This document shows positions 7,179 through 14,691 of a stretch of DNA of 64,000 bases, in pieces (position 1 is the first letter of the stretch; each line of letters starts with the position of its first letter). The translations under genes and the position numbers were made by a program. A model generated the notes under the pieces. It was not told the DNA's origin and searched no databases. It saw nothing but the letters and a program-made list of their open reading frames with translations. Origin of the DNA: a virus (lineage: Duplodnaviria; Caudoviricetes); IMG/VR virus record IMGVR_UViG_3300044655_001017. One strand, 5' to 3'.

Positions 7179-7217
7179 AGTTTATTAACAGCACATAATT
7201 TAATATAAACTGAGGAG
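7179..7217 (+). promoter_or_regulatory. scaffold copy K in the 5' UTR abutting the RBS (putative autoregulatory operator)
   Basis: AGTTTAT/ATAAACT stem, TAACAGCAC bulge, 3' G is the first base of GAGGAG. Confidence 0.6.
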
Positions 7218-7224
7218 AACACAC

Positions 7225-8637
7225 ATGAGTACATTTATCGAAGCAATTGCAAATCAAGAAGATCGTACCACTAACGGTATGAAAGCACGTAAATCAACCT
7301 CAAGTGCATTAGTCGATCTCTTCTTTAAGGCAGGTGCCTCGAGAGGTAAAAACATCACACCTGAGTTTGTTGCCGCCTATGTAGAAGATAAAGATCTTGC
7401 ATTACGTATTGCAGCTTGGGTACGCGATGTACGTGGTGGTGCAGGCGAACGCCAGTTGTTTAGAGATATTTTATTGTATCTTGAAAACTCAGATCCAGAT
7501 GCTGCTAAGAAACTTGCAGCTAAAGTTCCTGAACTTGGACGCTACGATGACTTACTTGTGTTCAAAACACAAAACTTAAAGGACTATGCATTTGCGTTAA
7601 TTAAAGATGCATTAGAAGCGCAAAATGGACTTGCTGCTAAATGGATTCCACGTAAAGGAGATACTGCGGTACAGTTACGCAATTACTTAGGGTGGTCTCC
7701 TAAACGTTATCGCAAAACACTTGTTTCACTTACTAAAGTAGTTGAAACACAAATGTGTGCTAACCAATGGGACACTATTAACTTTAGTCATGTTCCATCT
7801 GTAGCATCTTCACGCTACAAAAAAGCATTTGCTCGTCACACTGACAAGTATGCTGAATACATTGCTAAATTAGTTAAAGGTGATGATCCAACTGTTAAAG
7901 TTAACGCAGGTGCGATCTATCCATATGAAATCGTTAAGGGTTTAAGTGGTTGGTCTCAACCATCACTACTTGAAAAACAACACATTATTGCACAATGGGA
8001 CGCGTTACCTAACTATGTTGGTGATGCAAGCATTTTACCATTAGTTGATGTATCAGGATCCATGGGTTGTTCTGCAGGTAAAAGCAAAACTGTTACTTGT
8101 ATGGATGTTGCATTATCTTTAGGAATATACTTAGCAGATAAAAATGCTGGTAAGTTTAAAGATACATTCTTAACATTTAGCTCTAAACCAGAGTTAGTTA
8201 CACTAAACGGTAATGTAGTTGAGAAGTATGCGCAGATGTCAAAAAGTGATTGGCAAATGGGCACTAACTTACATGCAGCTTTTTCTAAGATTTTAGAAGT
8301 TGCAGTTAATGGTAATGTACCTGTTGAAGAAATGCCAAAGATACTTTTAATATTATCTGACATGCAATTTGATGCTTGTGTAACACATGATGATTCTGCA
8401 ATAAAAATGATTTGTCGTAAGTATGAAGATGCAGGATATACAGTACCACAAGTTGTGTTTTGGAACTTAAACTCACATGACAATGTGCCAGTTAAGTACA
8501 ATGCAAAAGGTGCAGCATTAGTAAGTGGATTTAGTCCAAGTATTATGACAAGTGTACTTGCAGCTGATATGGATGACTTTACTCCACAAGCAATTATGTT
8601 ACAAACAATTATGAATCCTAGATATGATATAGGATAA
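7225..8637 (+). CDS. DUF2828-family protein (TROVE/Ro60-like helical domain plus vWA MIDAS domain)
   Basis: RDVRGGAGERQLFR, LAAKWIPRKG, DVSGSM MIDAS, ILSDMQFD, VFWNL, VSGFSPS motifs. Confidence 0.8.
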   Translation: MSTFIEAIANQEDRTTNGMKARKSTSSALVDLFFKAGASRGKNITPEFVAAYVEDKDLALRIAAWVRDVRGGAGERQLFRDILLYLENSDPDAAKKLAAKVPELGRYDDLLVFKTQNLKDYAFALIKDALEAQNGLAAKWIPRKGDTAVQLRNYLGWSPKRYRKTLVSLTKVVETQMCANQWDTINFSHVPSVASSRYKKAFARHTDKYAEYIAKLVKGDDPTVKVNAGAIYPYEIVKGLSGWSQPSLLEKQHIIAQWDALPNYVGDASILPLVDVSGSMGCSAGKSKTVTCMDVALSLGIYLADKNAGKFKDTFLTFSSKPELVTLNGNVVEKYAQMSKSDWQMGTNLHAAFSKILEVAVNGNVPVEEMPKILLILSDMQFDACVTHDDSAIKMICRKYEDAGYTVPQVVFWNLNSHDNVPVKYNAKGAALVSGFSPSIMTSVLAADMDDFTPQAIMLQTIMNPRYDIG

Positions 8638-8788
8638 ATTCTACTGCAGATCCAGCACTTACTTTAAGTACTCTGCCTCGGCTGAAGCGAAATGACTGGA
8701 ATGGGCTGCTCTCACGGGGTTTAGTAGTTGTACCTGACACAAAAGAACAACTACACTTTTATCAACTAACTAACTACGAGGAAACACT

Positions 8789-9745
8789 ATGACAACTCAT
8801 CTAACGATAGCAGCAAAGCAAGGCGATTCTATATATGCTTATGTAGTAGAAAAAGAATATCCAAATACTACAATTACCTATAACTGGTATCGAGACGGAG
8901 AATGGTTACCTGGTAATCATTTAGATACCTATCTTTTAACACAAGCAGATGTTGGCCATGTTATACAAGAAAACACTACATTCACAACTGTTATTCCTGG
9001 CGTTATATGGTCGCAACGAACTGAGCCCGGATCATATGAACTTGGATTTAAAGTTCTTAATGTAAACGACTTACCAGAAGGTGAAGTAACTATTTCTGGA
9101 ATTACTGATGTTGCGCAAGCAGGAACATTATTAACTGCAACTAATACACTTAGTGACATTGACGGTTTAGGGTCTATTCGTTATCAATGGTTGCGAAATG
9201 GTAAAGTTATTACAGGAGCAACTTCTGATACTTATGCATTATCTGCAACTGATAATAATAAGAATATTAGCGTTAAAGCAAGTTACACTGATGCATTTGG
9301 TGCTAAAGAATCTGTTACTAGCGATAGTAACTTATTTAAAGTTGCAACTTTACCAAAAACAGGATACACATACGGTAATGACATAATTTTAGGAACACCA
9401 TTAGTTGATTTATTAACTGGTGGAAGAGGTTCTGATATTTTCGTATTTACTACGCCAAGTGCTAATAAATTAGTAATTGATACTATTACTGATTTTAAAT
9501 CATATCAAAACGATAAAATTGATGTAGCTGGCATTGATGCAAATACAACTAACGATGCAGTTACGCTTTATAACGATTCGTTTCAGTTTATTGGAACCGA
9601 TGAGTTTTCAGAGCCTGGACAGTTAAGATTTGATCCTATCACCCAGTTGTTAACTGGAAACACTGATTTAGATAGTACTCCTGAGTTTTCAGTAGTACTA
9701 ACTGGTGTTAAAAGTTTAACTGCTGCAGATTTTGCTGCACTATAA
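8789..9745 (+). CDS. Ig-like repeat protein with RTX/serralysin-type Ca-binding C-terminal domain
   Basis: YQWLRNG Ig-like repeats; LTGGRGSDIFVF, DTITDF, FIG...GQLRF...DLDSTPEFSVVLTGV C-terminus; no signal peptide. Confidence 0.7.
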   Translation: MTTHLTIAAKQGDSIYAYVVEKEYPNTTITYNWYRDGEWLPGNHLDTYLLTQADVGHVIQENTTFTTVIPGVIWSQRTEPGSYELGFKVLNVNDLPEGEVTISGITDVAQAGTLLTATNTLSDIDGLGSIRYQWLRNGKVITGATSDTYALSATDNNKNISVKASYTDAFGAKESVTSDSNLFKVATLPKTGYTYGNDIILGTPLVDLLTGGRGSDIFVFTTPSANKLVIDTITDFKSYQNDKIDVAGIDANTTNDAVTLYNDSFQFIGTDEFSEPGQLRFDPITQLLTGNTDLDSTPEFSVVLTGVKSLTAADFAAL

Positions 9746-9774
9746 ACTAACCATACATTTTAAACCATACACAC

Positions 9775-9803
9775 ATGCGCTGTAACAAGCGCATTTTTTT
9801 TAT
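9775..9803 (+). terminator. intrinsic terminator
   Basis: ATGCGC/GCGCAT hairpin followed by a T-run. Confidence 0.6.
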
Positions 9804-10108
9804 TTGTAGTATGTACTAAGTAACTTTAGCTCTGCGCTAGTTAAGTTGTTTTTGGCGCGATTTGCTTTCATAGACATAAACTGTATATTATCTTTTACAT
9901 ATCCTCTGGTTGAATCTATTCTATCAATAGAATAAGAATCATCTTCAGCTTTTCCATTATGCCACTTTAATGGCATTCCTAAAATAGGACATGAGATTGG
10001 AATTCCAATTTCGTCTAAATCTAAAGTAGTTAAATTAAAATCAAGTCCGCGTTTTTTAGCAGATTGTCTTAATCGATTAAGTATGATGTTTAAATCTCGT
10101 GGTTTCAT
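9800..10108 (-). CDS. HNH-like endonuclease (SIDRIDS..GY family)
   Basis: CPILG...SIDRIDSTRGYVKDNIQF...ANRAK. Confidence 0.7.
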   Translation of the reverse strand: MKPRDLNIILNRLRQSAKKRGLDFNLTTLDLDEIGIPISCPILGMPLKWHNGKAEDDSYSIDRIDSTRGYVKDNIQFMSMKANRAKNNLTSAELKLLSTYYK

Positions 10109-10180
10109 GTAAATATTTATTGACAAATGCATTGTACAATATATAATATGCACATACTTAACAACTACACAGGAGCTTAC

Positions 10181-10609
10181 ATGAAACGTTTACTTTTAGC
10201 AGCAACACTTGGTTTAACTACATTAACTACACATGCAATTTGTCCATCAACGTTAACTGGTAAGTTTTCAGGATCAGGGCAATATACAGAACAAGCAGTT
10301 ATTAGTAACACACCTATAATTAGTTATATTGAATATCATGTAGTGTCAGTTATATTTACAGGATCTACTATGGAAGTAGTAAGAGAATACTTTGCTGCAA
10401 CCGGTAGTGGCCAGCCTGCAGCACAAGAAATGCCAGGTGCGTCAACTGTAATGTATGATAAAAATACGTGTACTGGACAAATTGGCGGATATAAAGATCC
10501 TTTATATTTTGTAGTTAGTAATAGCGGAAACACTATTAAAATAGTACACGGCAAAGCACCAAATTCAAAAAATTTGTATGCAGAAACATGGGAGTTAAAC
10601 AAACAATGA
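10181..10609 (+). CDS. secreted hypothetical protein
   Basis: AGGAG RBS, signal peptide MKRLLLAATLG; sigma70 promoter upstream. Confidence 0.7.
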   Translation: MKRLLLAATLGLTTLTTHAICPSTLTGKFSGSGQYTEQAVISNTPIISYIEYHVVSVIFTGSTMEVVREYFAATGSGQPAAQEMPGASTVMYDKNTCTGQIGGYKDPLYFVVSNSGNTIKIVHGKAPNSKNLYAETWELNKQ

Positions 10610-11067
10610 GTACACTATATATGTTAGTAGGAGTCCCTAGTTCAGGTAAGTCAACATGGGTTGAACAACAATTATGGGCTAAGAATTGTGTGCATCTTAG
10701 CTCGGACAAGTTTATTGACGAGTATGCAGCTTCAGTTGGAAAAACATACAATGAGGTTTTTGATGAGTATATTAAAACTGCAACTCAACTTTTAACCAAA
10801 CGAGCTATTACTACAAACGTAGCTGAAACAAATGCAATTTGGGATCAGACTAATTTAACCGTTAAATCGCGTTCAAAAAAGTTAAAAATATTCTCGTGTT
10901 ATAAAAAGATTGCTGTTGTATTTGCAACACCAGACTCGGCTGAACTTGCAAGACGATTAGCAAGTCGTCCAGGTAAAACCATATCTGATGCAGTTATAGC
11001 ATCTATGACTAGTATATTTCAAATGCCAACTGAAGAAGAAGGCTTTGATGAAATTTGGCATGTATAG
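10606..11067 (+). CDS. P-loop kinase (AAA_33 / polynucleotide-kinase-like)
   Basis: GVPSSGKSTW Walker A, DQTNLT..SR, P.EEEGFDEI. Confidence 0.85.
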   Translation: MSTLYMLVGVPSSGKSTWVEQQLWAKNCVHLSSDKFIDEYAASVGKTYNEVFDEYIKTATQLLTKRAITTNVAETNAIWDQTNLTVKSRSKKLKIFSCYKKIAVVFATPDSAELARRLASRPGKTISDAVIASMTSIFQMPTEEEGFDEIWHV

Positions 11068-11075
11068 GAGAGTAA

Positions 11076-11606
11076 ATGGCAGATGTGTATGTGATTTCAG
11101 ATCCGCATTTTGGACATGTAGGTATTTGTAATTTTTTAAGACCAGACGGTACTAAAGTGCGTCCATGGGATACTTACGAGGAAATGGATGAAGAACTCGT
11201 TAAAAGGTTTAACGAAACTGTAAAACCTAATGACAAATTGTATATCCTAGGTGATGTTGCAATCAATCGTAGAGCATTACCTACACTAGCAAGATTACAC
11301 TGTAAAGATATGGTACTTATTAAAGGTAACCATGATATCTTTAGACTTAATGAGTATACTCCATATTTTAGAGACATTAGAGCATATCATGTTCAACAAA
11401 ATGTATTGTTAAGTCATATTCCAATTCACCCGTGTGAAATGAGTAGATGGCGTGGTCAGTTACACGGGCACTTGCATAGTAATGTTGTAATGAATGGAGA
11501 TGTACCTGATACTAGGTATGTAAATGTATGTGTTGAACACCATGACTTTAGACCAGTATTACTAAATGATATGATTGCACTAGTTAAAGAGCTAAATAAT
11601 AGTTGA
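11076..11606 (+). CDS. calcineurin-like metallophosphoesterase
   Basis: SDPHFGH, LGDV, GNHD, LSHIP, HGHLH motifs. Confidence 0.9.
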   Translation: MADVYVISDPHFGHVGICNFLRPDGTKVRPWDTYEEMDEELVKRFNETVKPNDKLYILGDVAINRRALPTLARLHCKDMVLIKGNHDIFRLNEYTPYFRDIRAYHVQQNVLLSHIPIHPCEMSRWRGQLHGHLHSNVVMNGDVPDTRYVNVCVEHHDFRPVLLNDMIALVKELNNS

Positions 11607-11665
11607 CGTAGCACATAAAATGTACTATAATATTACTTTACTTACACAACATGCGAGGTAACTAT

Positions 11666-11992
11666 ATGAAACACGTTTTATTTGCTACATTGTTATTAAC
11701 AGCAATTACATCAGTTGCAGAAGAATCACCTTACAATAAATTTAGTGCAAAAAATAACTTCACTAACAACACAAGTGTAGAATGGGTGCAAGTTGATGAT
11801 GTACGTGTAGGTTGTGATAATGAAAGTAGAAGACGTGGGTTGCCCGGGTATCCAACCGAAGTAGAAGCATGTTCATTTTGGAACAATTCATTGTTTGGAA
11901 ATACATGTATTATTATAACCCCACGTAACGTTTCGTATTGGACTTTTGGGCATGAGTTACGTCATTGTTTCCAAGGCAGATTTCATAAATAA
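11666..11992 (+). CDS. secreted protein with HExxH motif
   Basis: Signal peptide; GHELRHC near the C-terminus. Confidence 0.6.
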   Translation: MKHVLFATLLLTAITSVAEESPYNKFSAKNNFTNNTSVEWVQVDDVRVGCDNESRRRGLPGYPTEVEACSFWNNSLFGNTCIIITPRNVSYWTFGHELRHCFQGRFHK

Positions 11993-12004
11993 TTTAGGAG
12001 AGAC

Positions 12005-12223
12005 ATGAGTAAAGAAGACATAATAGAATTTCAGGGCAAAGTAGAAGAAGTATTACCGGGTAACATGTTTAGGATCAAAGTTGATAATAGTGAACATGTG
12101 CTAGTATGTTATACTAGCGGTAAACTTAAACGACATAAGATTAGAGTTATACAAGGTGACAGAGTTAAGATTGAAGTTTCCGGTTATGATTTGAACAAGG
12201 GTCGTGTAACGTATAGATTATAG
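12005..12223 (+). CDS. infA: translation initiation factor IF-1
   Basis: MSKEDIIEFQGKVEEVLPGNMFRIK...SGKLKRHKIRVIQGDRVKIE...GRVTYR. Confidence 0.95.
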   Translation: MSKEDIIEFQGKVEEVLPGNMFRIKVDNSEHVLVCYTSGKLKRHKIRVIQGDRVKIEVSGYDLNKGRVTYRL

Positions 12224-12231
12224 GAGGATTG

Positions 12232-13008
12232 ATGAAAATCGCGTATGCATCAGATTTGCATTTTGAATTTAGAGATTTGCATTTAGAAAACATCAAACCT
12301 GCTGATGTTTTAATCCTTGCAGGAGATATATTAAATGTTAGTAAACTTAAACGTCAGGCAGCAAATCATAAACGTGATAGCATTGATACTATCAATTTTT
12401 TCAATAACGTTACTGCTGCTTTTAAGCATGTTATTATGGTTATGGGAAATCACGAATATTATTCTTCAGATCTCACCACGGCGGTAGATGATCTAAAAGA
12501 GTTATTACCCTATCCTAACTTACACATCTTAGACGGTGAGTATTTAGAAATAGATAACAATTTGTTTATTTGTGGCACATTGTGGACTGACTTTAACAAT
12601 GAAGATCCATACACCGTAATAGGTGCCCCTAGGATGATAAATGATTTTAGAGTTATTCTTAATAATGGAAAAAAGTTATTTCCTGATGAGATCTTAGCAA
12701 GACACAAACACTTTGTTAAATGGGTTACTCAAGTTGACAAAATAGGGTACGAAAATGTTATACTTGTTACTCATCATTCACCTTCATATCAAACAATTGC
12801 AGATCACTATAAACATGATTATGCAATGAATGGACTGTTTGGATCTAATTTAGATCATTTGTTAACAATGTTTGACTATGCATTTTTTGGACATCAGCAT
12901 GATCCTAAAACTCCAGTTATACATGATTGTGTACTGCTTAATAATGCAAGGGGATATCCACACGAATCTTCCTTTACTGATTTCAAATTAAAATATATTA
13001 CTATATGA
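12232..13008 (+). CDS. calcineurin-like metallophosphoesterase
   Basis: SDLHFE, AGDI, GNHEYY, THHSP, FGHQH motifs. Confidence 0.9.
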   Translation: MKIAYASDLHFEFRDLHLENIKPADVLILAGDILNVSKLKRQAANHKRDSIDTINFFNNVTAAFKHVIMVMGNHEYYSSDLTTAVDDLKELLPYPNLHILDGEYLEIDNNLFICGTLWTDFNNEDPYTVIGAPRMINDFRVILNNGKKLFPDEILARHKHFVKWVTQVDKIGYENVILVTHHSPSYQTIADHYKHDYAMNGLFGSNLDHLLTMFDYAFFGHQHDPKTPVIHDCVLLNNARGYPHESSFTDFKLKYITI

Positions 13009-13015
13009 GGATACT

Positions 13016-13348
13016 ATGGATACAAAAAACTTAACACTAGCTCAGATAGATGCTCACATTCAAAGTTTAGAAGAAAAAATTAAAGATCTTGAAGGTCAAA
13101 TTCATGATTATCAAACTATTGTTAATGGATCAACAAAAACATGGAAAGATATGCTGCGAACTGAAATTATTCGTATGCTAGTTGAAAAAGATGACGACAT
13201 TAAAAACATTGGTTCAGATTCTGAACATGTTTTAATTAAAACTGCACTTGAGTTTAATTGTAATAAACGTCAGGAAACTGCTACAATTTTAGGGTATGGC
13301 CGCAATACTATTACTAAAAAAGTAGCCGAACTTAATATTGAAATCTAA
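13016..13348 (+). CDS. coiled-coil plus NtrC/Fis-type HTH protein
   Basis: C-terminus LIKTAL...KRQETATILGYGRNTITKKVAEL resembles the NtrC DNA-binding domain. Confidence 0.7.
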   Translation: MDTKNLTLAQIDAHIQSLEEKIKDLEGQIHDYQTIVNGSTKTWKDMLRTEIIRMLVEKDDDIKNIGSDSEHVLIKTALEFNCNKRQETATILGYGRNTITKKVAELNIEI

Positions 13349-13356
13349 AGGATACT

Positions 13357-13521
13357 ATGTCAGAAGAAAAATTATCAGTAAGCGATATGCTTAGAACTAC
13401 ATCAACAAACACTAATAACTTTTTAATTCAAGTTGCAGATCACATTGTTAACCTAGAACAACGAATTATTGAATTAGAACAAGAACTATTGGAGGCTAAA
13501 TGCAAAGACGAGAATATGTAG
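13357..13521 (+). CDS. small coiled-coil hypothetical protein
   Basis: AAGGA RBS; MSEEKLSVSDMLR...IIELEQELLE. Confidence 0.55.
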   Translation: MSEEKLSVSDMLRTTSTNTNNFLIQVADHIVNLEQRIIELEQELLEAKCKDENM

Positions 13522-13733
13522 ATGATACATGTGAGATCATTTGCGAAGATAACGGTAAAAAAATGGTAGTAGCTGTTGAATCGTTTAAGGAAAAGAAACA
13601 CCTTAACGTAGTAATTGATAAAAACGTTAAGTTGCATCTTGACTGGAATGGTCATCAATTTGAAGGCTATATGGGACAACTAAGTTTTGTTAGTAATGGT
13701 CCAGATATTACGGTTGTCAACGCTAAACGTTAG
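13500..13733 (+). CDS. hypothetical protein
   Basis: ORF track; GGAGG RBS. Confidence 0.65.
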   Translation: MQRREYVDDTCEIICEDNGKKMVVAVESFKEKKHLNVVIDKNVKLHLDWNGHQFEGYMGQLSFVSNGPDITVVNAKR

Positions 13734-13797
13734 TATTGACAAACTGTAACATTTACTGTATAATTATATTTTTATTACTTAACAAGGAGATACATAT

Positions 13798-14385
13798 ATG
13801 CCAGCTTTAATCCCAATGGTTGTAGAGTCGGAAGCAAAAGGTGAACGTTCATATGACATTTATAGTAGATTGCTCAAAGATCGGATTCTTATGCTTGATT
13901 CAGATGTTAACGAGCATTCTGCAAGTATTATTGTTGCTCAGTTGCTTTTTTTAGAAAGTCAAGGCAACGAAGATATTAGTTTCTTTATTAACAGCCCAGG
14001 CGGCGTTGTAACAGCAGGACTTGCAATTTATGATACTATGCAATTTATTAAACCAGATGTTGCAACTATAGTAATGGGTCAAGCATGCAGTATGGGTTCA
14101 TTGTTAGCAACAGCAGGTGCACCAGGTAAGCGTAAAATGCTACCAAACGCAAGACATATGATCCACCAGCCCAGCGGAGGCGCACGTGGTCAAGCCACTG
14201 ACATGTTAATTCAAGTTGAAGAAATCTTAAAAATGAAAAAATCTCTAACACAGATTTACGTTGATCACAACAGTAAAGGCAAAACGTTTGAACAGTTTGC
14301 TGCCGACATGGAGCGCGATTGCTTTATGTCCGCTACAGAGGCTTTGGAATATGGACTTATTGATGAAATTATTACTCGTCGCTAG
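13798..14385 (+). CDS. clpP: ATP-dependent Clp protease proteolytic subunit
   Basis: [45 protein letters not shown]; sigma70 promoter 13736-13764. Confidence 0.96.
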   Translation: MPALIPMVVESEAKGERSYDIYSRLLKDRILMLDSDVNEHSASIIVAQLLFLESQGNEDISFFINSPGGVVTAGLAIYDTMQFIKPDVATIVMGQACSMGSLLATAGAPGKRKMLPNARHMIHQPSGGARGQATDMLIQVEEILKMKKSLTQIYVDHNSKGKTFEQFAADMERDCFMSATEALEYGLIDEIITRR

Positions 14386-14536
14386 TATATTTTTAGCGGC
14401 ATACTTGTCTACAGGCTGTGTTGAACAGCCTGTACATCGTGAGTATTTACGTGATGGTAACTTTGATCACTACTACGAGCGACACTACAAACATCCAGGA
14501 CATCATCTTCCTTTAGAACATCATAAAGAAAGATAA
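14363..14536 (+). CDS. small His-rich predicted lipoprotein
   Basis: [19 protein letters not shown] lipobox-like signal; 8 His in the 39-aa mature part. Confidence 0.5.
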   Translation: MKLLLVASIFLAAYLSTGCVEQPVHREYLRDGNFDHYYERHYKHPGHHLPLEHHKER

Positions 14537-14545
14537 AAATAGTTC

Positions 14546-14619
14546 TTGACTTATGCGCTAGACCGTGTATAATATAGACTAAATTAATAACTGAGTAAAC
14601 TACTCAGTTATTATAAATA
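14546..14619 (+). promoter_or_regulatory. tandem early (sigma70-like) and late (TATAAATA) promoters of pmoC
   Basis: TTGACT-16 nt-TATAAT at 14546-14573; inverted repeat ~14585-14613; TATAAATA at 14612-14619. Confidence 0.6.
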
Positions 14620-14691
14620 CACTTAACTCGAGTTGAAGTTTAACGGGCGTTAGACTTCGTTTTTTATTTTCCCTTGCTTAGGAGAATTTTT

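Noticed and set aside
1497-7212. CRISPR array or simple direct repeats
   Set aside because: Copies are dispersed, not identical, vary in spacing from tens to thousands of bases and covary as stems; no cas genes
8670-8700. Hammerhead ribozyme (CTGAAGCGAAA)
   Set aside because: No stem II, and no properly placed stems I/III or NUH cleavage triplet
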